Assembly: GCF_009914755.1 (NCBI RefSeq)
Contig: NC_060929.1
DNA length: 64,000 nt
Origin: the human T2T-CHM13v2.0 reference genome, Homo sapiens
Reading direction: 5' to 3' (one strand)
Shown piece by piece: positions 11,626-23,760 of the stretch. The first letter of the stretch is position 1. The number at the start of each line of letters is the position of its first letter. The position numbers and the translations under genes were made by a program. The notes beneath the pieces were generated by a model. It was not told the origin of the DNA and searched no databases. It was given only the letters and a program-made list of their open reading frames with translations.

Positions 11626-12299
11626 CTGTCCATCCTATCCTAAAGAAAATTCCCAAGGATTGAAAACGAAGAGGAACCTGAATAGCAAACCGTGAGCACA
11701 TGTGGTAAGGTGGCAGCTGCTCGTATGACCAATTTTGTTAGGATCAGAGAATATATATGCAAATGCCAACCATCATACCTGATGCATAATACATACTAGA
11801 AATATTACTATGCCTTCCTCAATCAGAGAATAACTCTCTCTGAGCTTTCATAAATTACATTCTAAGGATAAAATTGCTGACAGGCCCTCTAACTTGGAAA
11901 AGACTTTGTTTACACTTAAAACACAGAATATGTTTCAGTTTTATCAAATTGAATTGCTTTTTTAAAAATGTCCTACAATTTATTTTTCTCAGATCTGGCT
12001 GCCTTATATCTGGTAGAAGTTCTCAATTAGTGAGACTTCAGTACACTGTGAAAAAAGTGAAACTTCACTGGGGGTAAACTTCTAAAACCTTTCCCATTCC
12101 CCAGGCTTTTACATTCTTATTCCACCTTGAAAATATTGTTCTCACAACACTTGCAAACTTTTCTTTAGCAATAACACATCAGACTCACAGAGTAGACTTG
12201 AAGAGTTTCAGAGTGGAGTGAATGAGATTCTCTAAATCTACTCAACACAGGATTTTTTTAACGCTATTATAAATAGAATCACAATAAACAGGTTCATTT

Positions 12300-12832
12300 T
12301 GTTACCCAGTGTAATGCCTACATGACGTAGCCTGAATTTCTACCCTGCCTAAACTTTGCTTATCTTTAAGAAACAGAACGCCTGTGATAAAAAGTTTCCT
12401 TTGTAACTAGGCAAGCTGAGACTAGTTAGAACCAAGGTAGCCATTGAACAACTTCAAAAAGACCTCAAGCTTCATTATAACCTCATTTCCATGCTAAATA
12501 ATGCTCCCATCAGCACAATGACAATTACCATGACAATGACCAGAAGAAGCCATAAAATGACAAAAAAAGAAGGCCGCCCATTTCTGGAAGACATGCCTAT
12601 TCTTCCCCTTGCTTTTAATGTCCAACCCCTTCATTGGAGAAACCCTATATCTTAACCCCCTCACCCCTTACCAATTGAGAAATCAATTTGTGGGCTATGC
12701 TCTCACTTCTCAATTTCATGGTCATTGAATAAAGAATGCACTGCTTGACACTCACTTCCAGTTTCATGTATTGAGTTCATCACAGGGGGCAGGGAAATAC
12801 CCCATCTTTTGGGAGACTGGCTTTGTCAGTCA
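12300..12832 (+). mobile_element. ERV1-type solo LTR (subfamily uncertain)
   Basis: TGTTAC start, TATA-like ccctatat, AATAAA at ~12728, CA end; atttccatgctaaa...ctcccatcagcac..atgaca motif of MER4-group LTRs. Confidence 0.6.
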
Positions 12833-12886
12833 TTTTGTTGATCATTTAAATTAGTTCCTAGTACATGAAGAAAAGGAATTGTTTCC

Positions 12887-13372
12887 TGTAGTGTGTTAAC
12901 TTGGGTCCTCCCAAAAGATATGTCCAAATCCTAACCCCTAGTCACTATGAACATAACCTTACTTGGAAATGGGATCTTTGAAGATGTAATTAAGTTAAAG
13001 ATCTTGATGAGATCATCCTGGATTTAGAGTGGGGCCTAAATCTAATGACTGGTGTCCTTAAAAGAGAAAGGAAAGGGCGATATAAGGCACAGAGACACAC
13101 AGGGTAAGGCCATACAAAGATGGAGTCAGAGATTACAGTGATGCATCTATAAGCCAAGAAATGCTTGCAGCCACCAGAAGTTGAAAGTGTCAAGAATTCT
13201 CCCAGATGGGCACAGTGGCTTACACTTGTAGTCTTAGATACTGGGAAGGCTTGGTGGGAGGATTCCATGAACCCAGGAGTCTGAGGCTGCAATGAGCTAT
13301 GATCATATCACTGCACTCCAGCCTGGGTGACCCTGTCTCTGAGAGTGAGGGTAAGAGTGAGAGTGAGAGAGG

Positions 13373-13404
<32 letters not shown>

Positions 13405-13535
13405 AGCATTGGGAGGGAATGCTGCCTTACCACATCTTGATTGTTGGAGTCCTGGTTTGAGATAATAACTGTTTTGTTGTTTTAAGCCTCCAAGTTTGGA
13501 ATAATTTGCTAAGGCAGCTCAAGGAAACTACTATA
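12887..13535 (+). mobile_element. MLT1C-like LTR interrupted by an Alu monomer
   Basis: ccaaaagatatgtccaaatcctaacccc...gatgtaattaagttaaagatcttga...gcagctcaaggaaactactata. Confidence 0.85.
13204..13404 (+). mobile_element. Alu monomer (FRAM/FAM-like) with (GA)n tail
   Basis: gggcacagtggcttacacttgtagtc...actgcactccagcctgggtga, then (GA)n at 13341-13404. Confidence 0.85.
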
Positions 13536-13770
13536 TCCGCCATGACCCAAATTTCAAGAAATCAAATGATAGAAAATGGCTATTACCAGATATATTTACA
13601 CAGATTGCTCTTAAATTTTTTAACAATACAGATAGCCATGTCAAAACATTATATTCAAAATCTGATAGATTATAATATAGATGTCTCTGCCAAAAGGTAT
13701 AGTTCCTAAAAACCCAACCTAATGAAAATATAAATGATTTTAAAAATAGTAACTGTACATCACAATTTCA

Positions 13771-13973
13771 TAGGGCTGCCAGATAAAGTGACACTAAATT
13801 AAATTTCAAATAAATGACAAAAAATTTACTATATGTATGCCCCAGTTATTATATGATACATATTCATATATATGAATATATATAAAAGATATATATAAAA
13901 GATAATACATTATTTATCTGAAATTTAAATTTAACTAGGCATCATGTATTTTTATTTGCTAAATCTGGAACTT
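13771..13973. mobile_element. MER53 (palindromic hAT MITE)
   Basis: tagggctgccagataaa ... tttatctgaaatttaaatttaactagg...ttgctaaatctggaac. Confidence 0.8.
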
Positions 13974-14469
13974 TCCAATTGCAGCAGGGAAATTGTGTAT
14001 CTTACTCAAAGTCACATAGCTAACAAAATGTGAAAGCTGACTTTGAACTTATGTGTGTCAGACTACCAAAGATCACGTACTTTCTAATTCATTATGCTGC
14101 TTAAAGCAAAGACAATAAAACTCAGAAAAAGGCAGTAGCACTTCAAGAAGCCATCTGGTTGTTGTTTCTGGAAAATAGGTGTAGAAATGGAAGAATGATG
14201 GGCAGCTCTGGCTGCTGAGCCACTTCAGTGCCCGTTACGTAGAAATGAGATTCTGGAGAAGTCCAAACCACATTCTAGTGAATGTGGCTGTGGTGGAAAT
14301 TAGTTTTTCCCTTCCACTGTTCTGTGCAAGGGTGATATGAGACATAGGGGGCATAACCATTTTGATTTTGCTGGGTAGTAGGTGAGGGCATCCTTGTCAC
14401 ACATTGATGAGTTCAATTTTCATTAATTCTAATAGTTATACAAGTGTTTTCTCTACATTCATCTTTTTC

Positions 14470-14720
14470 CAACCACCACATGGTTTCCAGGCATCATCAG
14501 GCTTAAAACCTTAATAGTTATTTTTTTTTGAGTCCCTTCATCCAATTGATCTCGAGTCCTATCAGACATTCCTCTGAACCATCTACTATATATTACTTTC
14601 CTTCTCTATTTCCACACCCATAATTCCGGTTCAAGCTCTCAACATTATATTCTACATGACTGCAGTGCTTCCTAGCTTTTCTTCTCATTTCAAGCTATCC
14701 ATCTCCATCTAATTATCCTA
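14470..14720 (+). mobile_element. L2 fragment
   Basis: Degenerate C/T-rich L2 ORF2-like sequence. Confidence 0.5.
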
Positions 14721-15221
14721 CCAATTATATGTATATAAATTCGCAAATCTCAAGTGACATAATACTATCTATCTAATCGAATGTTTAACATATCTGTTAT
14801 TCATAGATGGGTCAAAGATAAATATTTAATCAATCCTTAACTCAGGTTGTTTTATCTATTTAAATATCTCTTCTTATTTTTATCTTTACCCAATAAAAAT
14901 TTCGCTAATGCCAGGCAAGTAAGTACACTAGTGAAGCTGGATTGGAGTTGGCATTTTAAACACTTCTGGATGTTCTTCATTCCCACAAAGTAATATTTTC
15001 TGTCCCTTTTTTAAAGTACATGGCTCTCTCATTCCACTGAAAGTTGTTTTTGTATTTTTTGGCGGAGAAGTCTGCAGTGAATAATTTGATACTATAAGAA
15101 AATCAATGGCACACACACAGTGAGACCCAGACTCAAAATTGTGGAGGCACAGGGAATGGTGAAACAAGAGTAAACACACACTGTCCAAAAGGTAGGGGCT
15201 ACTTAGCTAGGATAACTGATG

Positions 15222-16690
15222 TCATATGTTGCCAGAGTTTGCCTGATGTTTTCTCATGATTACATTGAGGCTTTGCACTTTGACAAGAATGCCACAGAAA
15301 TGACGTGCTGTTTTCAGTGCATCCTGTCAGGGAGTTCGTGATGTCTGCATGTCTTCTCAGTTCTGACTTTGACCACCTGGTTAAGGTGGTGTCCTCCATG
15401 TTTCCCCATTGTGAAGTTTCTATTTTTCTCTTTGTAATTCTTACACAGCTCATGGAGAAATACTTCGAAATGCTGCAAAATTCTATTTCACATCATAACT
15501 GTACACATATAATTTTAGCATCTATTGATGATATTTTGCCTACTATTGTTACTGGGGTGTTTGTTAAAAGGTGACTTTCTATTTCAATTCTCCCTTCCAC
15601 GTTTTTTTATTGGAATTCTACCATAAGAAATGCTTATACCTTCTCCTCCACTTATTTCTTCAATTATTTATCAGCTCAAAGATATTTATCTTATTCTATG
15701 GGTTTTACTCCATCATTACCATTGATATGGTTTGGCTCTGTGTCCCTACCCAAATCTCATGTTGAATTGTAATCCCTAATGTTGGGGGGAGGGACCTGGT
15801 GGGAGGTGACTCGATCACGGGGGCAGTTTCCTCCATGCTGTTCTCATGATAGCGAGTGAATTCTCACCAGATCTGATGGTTTAAAAGTGTGTGGCACTTC
15901 CTCCCTCACTCTCTCTCTCTCCAGCCAGGACATGAAGAAGATGCTTGATTCCCCTTCTGCCATGGTTGTAAGTTTCCTGAGGCCTTCTAGTCATGCTTCC
16001 TGTTAAGCCTGTGGAACTGTAAGTTAATTAAACCTCTTTTCTTCCTAAGTTACCCAGTCTCAGGTAATTGTTTATAACAGTGTGAGAATGGACTAATACA
16101 ACCATTATTTATTTTTTGCTGAAATTGTCCCAGCTTTGGTCATTAAATGTTCCTTTAAGTTGGCTCCTATGTGATTTTGACATTTTGCCATCAATGTTTG
16201 GGCACTCCCTTACTTTCTGGCACTGCAAAAATGATCCAGGCTCATATTATACTTTCCCTGTCCCAGGCCTGAAATAAACCATTTCTCCAGGAGCCTTGAT
16301 TACTTTTATTGGGGAAATTGTATTGAGAAACCAATACGTGGCCAAATGTATTCATTGCTACTTTGTCATTATACCTTTGTTACTGCTTCCAGGCCCTCTC
16401 AGCAGACAGATTAGGAAATATACACACACACCTATCTCCATACATTTTTATTTCTAGATATCTGTATATATATTAATAAAAATCATTAGATCATACTGAC
16501 ACCTGTTTAGCACCACAGGGTTCATTCTAGACTGCCTACTTTCTATATTTGTAACTATCTCCAACAATGAGAATCATGACTGTCATTGTCTATAATATAT
16601 TTACTAATTTGCTTGTTCCTGGTATATCATTAAGTAGTTTCAGAATCAATAATCATGGCCTGGAGTACATACATTTATGTATAGTTCTTT
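15222..16690 (-). mobile_element. Old L1 (L1MC4/5-like) 3' region, interrupted by a THE1D LTR; probably continues 19550-20200
   Basis: caagaatgccacagaaatgacgtg...ctttgaccacctggttaaggtggtgtc...gaaattgtcccagctttggtcatt. Confidence 0.7.
15723..16100 (+). mobile_element. THE1D solo LTR
   Basis: tgatatggtttggctctgtgtcc...ggactaataca; perfect TSD accat at 15718-15722 and 16101-16105. Confidence 0.92.
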
Positions 16691-18273
16691 TTATCTGGAG
16701 TTTTATAGTATACGCATACCTCATTTCATTGCACTTTGTTTGATTGCGCTTCCAAGGGTTTCTGTTTTCTGTTTTTGTTTTCAAATCGAAGGTTTATGGC
16801 AACACTACCTTGATCAAGTCTATCAGCACCATTTTTCAAACAGCATATGCTCACTTCATGTCTCTGTCACCTTTTGGTAATTTCTGCAACATTTCAAGCT
16901 TCTTCATTATTATTATACCTGTGTGATGATCTGTGATTAGTGATCTTTGACATTACTATTGTAATTGTTTTGAGGGAGGCCCCATGAACTGTGCTCACAG
17001 GAGACTGAGAAATTAATCAGTGAATGTTGTGTGTGTTCTGACTGCTCCACCGACCAGCTGTTATCCATCTCTCTCCTTCTCCTCAGGCCTCCCTATTACC
17101 TGAGACACAACATTACCGAAATTAGGCCCATCAATAACCCTACAATGGACTCTAAGTATTCAAGTGAAAGGAAGAGTCACATGTCTTTCACTTTAAATCA
17201 AAAGCTAGAAATGATTAAACTTAGTGACAATGGCATGTCAAAAGGAGAGACAGGCTGAAAGCTAGGCCTCTTGCTCCAAACAGGTAGCCAAGTTATGAAT
17301 GCAAAGGAAAAGATCTAGAAGGGCATTTAAAACACTACTGCAGTGAACACATGAATAAGAAAGCCACCCAGCCTCACTGCTGATATAGAGAAAGTGGGTG
17401 GTCTGGATAGAAGATCAAACTAGCCACAACGTTCCCTTAAACCAAAGCCTAATCCAGAACAAAGTCCCTAACTCTCTTCAATTCTATGAACAGAGATGAG
17501 GGAGCTGCAGAAGAAAAGTTGGAAGCTAGCAGAGATTGGTTCCTGAGGTTTAAGGAAAGAAGCCATCTCTATGACATGAAAGAGCAAGGAGCTGCCACAA
17601 GTTATTCAGAAAACCCAGCAAGATAATTGATGAAGGTTGCTACACTAAACAACAGATTTTCAATGTAGATGAAACAGCCTTCTATTGGAAGAAGATGCCA
17701 TCGAGAACTTTCATAGCTAAAGAGGAGAAGTCAATGCGTGGCTTCAAAGCTTCAAAGAACAAGCTGACTCTCATGTTAGGGGCTAATGCAGCTGGTGACT
17801 TTAAGTTGATGCCAATGCTCATTTACCATTTTGAAAATCCTAGGGCCCTTAAGAACTATGCTAAATCTACTCTGCCTGTGCCCTATAAATGAAGCCAAAA
17901 AGCCTGGATGACAGCATATCTATTTATAGCATGGTTTGCTAAATATTTAGTAGGCCCAATGTTGTGACTTATGGCTCAGAAGAAAAATAATCCTTTTAAA
18001 ATATTACTGCTTATTGGCAATGCATCTAGTCACCGGAGAGTTCTGATGAAGATGTACAAGGAGATAAGTATTGTTTTCAGTCCTGTTAACACAACATCCA
18101 TTCTGCAGCCCATCGATCAAGGAGTAATTTCTACTTTCAAGGCTTATAATTTAAGAATACATTCTGTAAGGCTATAGCTGCTATATGTAGTTCCTCTGAT
18201 AGATCTGGACAAAGCAAATTGCAAACCTTCTGGAAAGGAGTCATCATTCTAGATGCCATAAAGAACATTTCTT

Positions 18274-18578
18274 GGCTGGGTGCAGTGTCTCATGCTTGTA
18301 TCCTCAGCAACTTGGGAGTCCAAAGGGGGAAGATCACTTGAAACCAGGAGTTCAAGACCAGCCTGGGCAACATAGTGAGACCACATCTCTACCAAAAAAA
18401 AGAAAAAAAATAGCCGGGCATGGCGACACAAACTTGTAGTCCTAGCTACTCATTAGGCTGAGGCGAGAGGGTGCATGAGTTCAGGAGTTGGAGGTTACGG
18501 TATGTTTGTGCTACTGCACTCCAGCCTAGGCAACAGAGTAATACCATGTCTCTAAAACAACAACAACAACAACAAAAA
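18274..18578 (+). mobile_element. AluJ inside Tigger1, (CAA)n tail
   Basis: Dimeric Alu with J-type diagnostics (gcctgggcaacatagtgagac). Confidence 0.9.
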
Positions 18579-18885
18579 ATCCATGATTTATGAGAGGAGG
18601 TCAAAATTTCAACATTAACATGGGTTTGGAAGAAGTTGATTTTAACCCTTATGGATGACTTGAGGGTTTGAGGGGTTCAAGACTTCAGTGGAGGAAGTAA
18701 CTGTAGATGTGGTGAAAATACCAAGAGAACTACAATTAGAAGTGGAGCCTGATGATAATGACTGAATTGCTGCAATCTCATGATAAAATGTGAACAAATG
18801 AAGAGCTGTTTCTTATGAATGAGCAGAGAAAGTGGTTTCTTGAGAACGAATCTTCTCATGGTGAAGATGCTGTGAACACTGTTGA

Positions 18886-19002
18886 AATGTTTGATATTTA
18901 CCAGTTTTTACTTAACAATTGAATCTATTATTTGTACAGTTCCTAGCCATAAAATACTCCAGTATTATATTAAATTATTTTTCTCTATTTTATTCCTTTA
19001 GA
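18886..19002 (+). repeat. 117-bp copy of 20617-20733 inserted in Tigger1
   Basis: Ungapped, 8 mismatches, offset 1731. Confidence 0.95.
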
Positions 19003-20470
19003 CAAAAGATTTACAATAGTTCATTGACTTAGTTGATAAAGCAACAGCAGGGTCTGAGATGACTGACTCCAATTTTGAAAGATGCTCTACTGTGGGTAAA
19101 GTACTATCAAACAGCATCTCATGCTACAGATAAACCTTTTGTGAAAGGAAGAGTAAATCAATGTGGCAAACTTCATTGTTGTGTAATTTTATGAAATTGC
19201 CACAGCCACTCCAACCTTCAACAACCACCACCCTAATCAGTCAGCAGCCATCAACATCGAGGCAAGACCCTCCAACAGCAAAAAGATTATCATTCACAGA
19301 AGGCTCAGATGATTGTTAGCATTTTTTTTAGCAATAAAGTATTTTTAAAATTAAGGTACATACATTTTTAGACATGCTTTTTTATGAATAATGCTATTCA
19401 CACTTAATAGACTACAGTATGGTATATATTATAACTTTTATATGCACTGGGAAATACAAAAATTTGTGTGACTTGCTTTATTGTGATATTTTCTTTATTG
19501 TGGTGGTCTGGAACCGAACCTGCAATAGCTCCAAAATAGGCCTGTATGTATAATTCAAATACCCTTTTTCATAGCTACTTCGGTTAGTGGTTTTATTTCT
19601 TATCCCCTTAGATGAGATTATTGTTATGGGTTCCTCCCACATCCTGGTTGATTTTAATTATTTATCTATTTTGGGGTGCTAAAATATTGTCATAGTTAAA
19701 GACTTTAAATTAATTAAGAAAATTGACTCAGATAAATGCCATTTCCTCTTCATCCCTTTTACCCCATTCCCATCTCCCATTCTTGCCATCTGTTATTTAC
19801 CTACATTCTGTATGTTACCGATTTCATTAGTTTCTAGCTTTTGATTTCTGTATTTCTTTTGGTAGAAATGAGAAGACAACACACAAATTCTTATGTATTT
19901 CTTTCTTACATAGAACGTTGCATATTGTTGATACTCTTTTGTACTTCGCTTATGTGAACTTCACAACACATCCTATACATTTTTCCATATCAATTTCTAG
20001 AGATTTTCATTATTTATTTTTACAGCTCCATAGTATTCCGCCATGTAGATATGCCATAGTTTATTCAACCACTCCCCTATTTATGGGTATTTAGATTATT
20101 GCCTATATTTTATAATTATAAACAATGCTACAATAAATTATTGTATATATATGCATTTCAAATTGCTGGGGGCATATGTAGGACTAAAATTTTGATCTTC
20201 TGTTGCCAAGTCCAATTCTGTTTTAGATTGAATGATATAACTGAGAGTACTTTGAAAACTAAAAAAAGTTGTATACGCTGTAAATATAGCAAAATAATAC
20301 TTTGTTATTTGCATTATTTTCTTTATCTAATTTGTGTCTTCTTTGGAAACAGGCAGTTCAATTCAATAAACATGTGTCCTTAGCTACTAAACCAGACAGT
20401 TATTTTGAAAACGTCTCCTATCTTTTTAAATTCTAATATTATCAATCACATATTTCCTCACTAAGAATGT

Positions 20471-20613
20471 CTTTTTAAACTTTTTTTAATGTTTTGTAGA
20501 GACAAGCTCTCACTGTGTTGCCAGGCTGGTCTCAAGCTCCTGGCCTCAAGTAATCCTCCCATGTCGGCCTCCCAAAATGCTGGGATTACAGGAATGAGCC
20601 ACCACACCCAGAC
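20471..20613 (-). mobile_element. Alu left monomer (FLAM_C-like)
   Basis: gtagagacaagctctcactgtgttgccaggctggtctc...gctgggattacagg; TSD aagaatgt at 20463-20470 and 20614-20621. Confidence 0.88.
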
Positions 20614-20789
20614 AAGAATGTTTGATATTTGCTAGTTTTTACTTAACAATTGAATCTAATATTTGCACAGTTCCTAGTCAAACAATACTCTAGTATTATA
20701 TTAAATTATTTTTCTCTATTTTATTCCTTTAGATATAGGAGACAAATTAAAATTGCAGCCCTAATCTGGTTCCTTCTATTCCCTAAATA

Positions 20790-20797
20790 TGACGTCA
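20790..20797. promoter_or_regulatory. Full palindromic CRE (TGACGTCA) with intact CpG
   Basis: Motif match only; lies in non-repetitive sequence ~870 bp from the MCTP1 exon. Confidence 0.35.
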
Positions 20798-21664
20798 AAT
20801 AGGGTAGGAGGAACAAAACAGGATCCTATGGTGCCAGAAGCACTCTCAGGGTTGTCTGACAATGAGTTAGCAAGGCCTGGGGACTCTCCTTCCTCCTGGC
20901 AGGAGGAGTTACATCCAAACTCAGCCTCCTTTGGAATTGGGGGCTCTCAGGGCCCTCAACGTATCCACCTCCTGCAGCGCTCATATTCAAAATGTGCAAA
21001 GGATGCTATACAGCCTATCTGGGGTCTATTCTTGGTCCTGCCTCTATCCTGGGTTCAAGAAATCCCTCATGTGGCCTATCCTCGTTCATCAAGAGATTGC
21101 ATTGGGATTTGGAATCCGGGAACTTAAGAGTATTTGCCTTATCTTATCCTTCGTCATGCCCTACAAAATGTGTTTAATCCACCATGAGACTACTGCCAGA
21201 TCTGACCAGGCCTCAAAAGATCACTTCTTAGGAATCTCTGAAGTTTTGGAGAGATATTAGTCCTGGGTCCTGCAATGTGAGCAGATTCAACTGAGCAAAT
21301 GTATATAGCAAAAAGAATTTCAGGTCTACCAAAAGGTAAGTTCTGACATGGCTTCAAATATATGCCTCACTTATGTAACCAATTATGTCAGTAATTACAT
21401 ATGATATAGAGTCTAATTTGTCAGCAGTTTGATAGGGACTTTGCTGTCTGGGTTGAGAATAAGTCAGAGTTTTGGAACTTGCATCAAAACGTCTTCCACC
21501 ATGGTCACAGGAGTCAAGTAATGTGTCAAACTGTGTCTTTGAATTCAAGCTTCTAAAAATTATATTCTAGTTAATTTTTTATAACTCAGGCAATCACGTG
21601 GAAAACAAAGTTTGTCATAAACACATAAAAAAGCTTCTAGGTGATATTGCTCTTATGCTCTTAC

Positions 21665-21782
21665 CTCCTCGATCTCGAGCAGCTAAACTTTGACCCCTTC
21701 TTAATGTAATGTCCAGCTGGTACATTCCGGGATCAGCCAAGGGGACTTCTGCATTACTGGTTCCAGCAGTGTTTATTATTTT
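21665..21782 (-). CDS. MCTP1: MCTP1 internal coding exon (exon 2 of the long isoform), linker plus start of first C2 domain
   Basis: Minus strand: acceptor ttttttatatttcgtgttttccag| and donor GAG|gtaaga. 118 nt translate in phase 0 as KIINTAGTSNAEVPLADPGMYQLDITLRRGQSLAARDRG+G, which I recognise as MCTP1 (continues TSDPYVKF in the next exon, absent from this window). CpGs are retained. Confidence 0.95.
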
Positions 21783-22949
21783 CTGGAAAACACGAAATAT
21801 AAAAAATATTAAATTTATTATCTCTGTTCTATTTTCTCTAAAGGGGGACCATATATAGCTTAACCCAAATTATAAGAATTAGTCAATAAAATAAATAATC
21901 TTCTGATTTCATACAGTCTCATAATCACTCAGTTCTCTGAAGGTTTTGAAATTTATGAAATTCTTTAGACTCAAAAACATGGCAGTTACAGAAATGTCCT
22001 GTTTTAATTCAGATTATGGATAACAAATGGAATATAAAAACATTTCCCATGGAAGTCTCCACACAATTCAACTAAGAAATATGAACATAGAAATACTGTC
22101 TGAAGTGAAAACATAATCAATGATGAGTGGAGAATAAGAGTGCAAGAGCAGTTGAGTTCTACCTAACTGGAAATTAAAATTAAAATGATTGATTCAGGTG
22201 ACTGCTGACTCATTTATCTGTGCAGAACAGCTCATACCTATGAATTAAGCACTTCTGCTTCAGCCCCAACATAAAATTTAATTATATAGAAATAAATTCA
22301 CCTAGCATTTTGGCAATATTTGCAAGAAATATATTCTCGATGGGGCTAAATTTCTAGTGCTGTTTTCTATGGAATAAAAGTACATCAGCTATTCCTAGAT
22401 CTAAAAATGTTTGTGAGGCTGCCTCTATAGAATTTATTTTTAGCAACAATATACTCTTAATAATTTACTAGGCATCGAATTACAAGAGGAATAATGATGT
22501 TAAAACAACACAAATGAAACATGTAGTAAAAATTCTTGAGGTCATATTTTGTAGTCTCTGCCACTCTATACAATAGGAAAGCTTTTCTTTGTGTGTTTGG
22601 GATTAATTTAAATTCTTATAATTTTTTTTTCTGATTCAAAAGGAAATGTCCTTTTGTCTCAGAATATGCATGGATGAGGTAAAATAACAGACAACAGTCT
22701 TTTAATTCCATAATTCACATAAAATGAAACAATAAAGCAGCATTTAAACAATCTTTACGGTATATAATTCACATACCCTACATTTGTTCGTTAAAGCAGC
22801 ATTTTTTTTTTTTTGAGGTTTTAAGACCAAGGCAAATAGCTTTGCTGTTGGAGCAATTATTAGTTAAAACAAGAGGCAGCACAGCTTTGATTGACAACCT
22901 GAACTCACTGTCTCTCCTCTGGTAACAATAAAAAAGAATTCACTCCACC

Positions 22950-23145
22950 TTCTCATGATATCCTTGTTTCTATAAATGATTCCTCAGTCACTCAGCCTAG
23001 AAATCGCTGAGCCATCTTTGACTTCTTCATTTGATTCCCACCCACATCCAAATAGTTGTCAAATCCCCCCACTCCATCTCTGTATGACATCTCCCAATTG
23101 TCTTTTTCTTTCAATTCCTATTACCACTCATTTGGATCAGGCCTT
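22950..23145 (+). mobile_element. L2 fragment
   Basis: cagtcactcagcctagaaat...catctttgacttctt...cccacatccaaat. Confidence 0.6.
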
Positions 23146-23431
23146 CAAACAACAAAGGAGTAAAAAGTAAAGTGATTGTCTTGCTCTTCCCTTACCCATC
23201 TGATTGTGGCCACCAATGACAACAATTTGGGAAATATTTTTCACACTTTTAAAAGTCTTATGCAAACATAAACACATACATATAGGTTTGGTTTTTTGTG
23301 GTTGGGCTTTCAGTTTTCACTAGTTTTAAACAAAGATAGTATTCTATTTTGTCTATTATCAACAATTTCTAGAAAAACATCATGGGCACTTTTCTAGTCA
23401 ATACATACAGATCTTTCTCTTTCAAATGTTC

Positions 23432-23760
23432 TAACTTTATTGAGCCATAATTGACAAAATTGTATGATTTTATGATATACAACATGATGATTCAATATAC
23501 ATACGTTTTGTACATTGATTACCACAATCAAGTTAGTTAACACATCTTTCACCTCACTTGTTTACCCTTTTGTTTTGTTTTGTGGTGAGGACATTGAAGC
23601 GAATTTCAAGTATACAATTCAGTACTGTTAACCATAGTCACCACGCTGTGTATTGGATCCCCTGAACTTACTCATCTTACAGCTGAAAGTCTGTACTCTT
23701 TGGCCAACATCTCCTCTTTTCCTTCCACGCCCCCACCCCTAGTAACCACTTTTTTTTCTG
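23432..23760 (-). mobile_element. L1MA8/9-like 3' end
   Basis: ttgattaccacaatcaagttagttaacacatc...ctgaacttactcatcttacagctgaaagtctgtactctttggccaacatctc. Confidence 0.8.

Larger units (their letters stand above)
16711..19544 (+). mobile_element. Full-length Tigger1 with decayed pogo-like DDE transposase
   Basis: Both TIRs with flanking TA; ORF pieces [38 protein letters not shown] (17695) and [12 protein letters not shown]...[16 protein letters not shown] (17971); stops and frameshifts. Confidence 0.95.
1..21664 (-). other. MCTP1: MCTP1 intron downstream of the recognised exon (phase 1)
   Basis: Starts with gtaaga donor at 21664-21659; the next exon (TSDPYVKFKIGG...) was not found in the window. 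Confidence 0.85.

Noticed and set aside
17695-18177. TIGD1-like transposase ORFs
   Set aside because: Fragmented Tigger1 with stops, an Alu insertion and a degenerate catalytic motif; not a domesticated gene.
20733-21335. Plus-strand acceptor (20732) and donor AAG|gtaagt (21336) enclosing three overlapping ORFs
   Set aside because: Antisense to MCTP1, 603 nt is long for an internal exon, and the ORFs resemble no known protein; an antisense lncRNA cannot be excluded.
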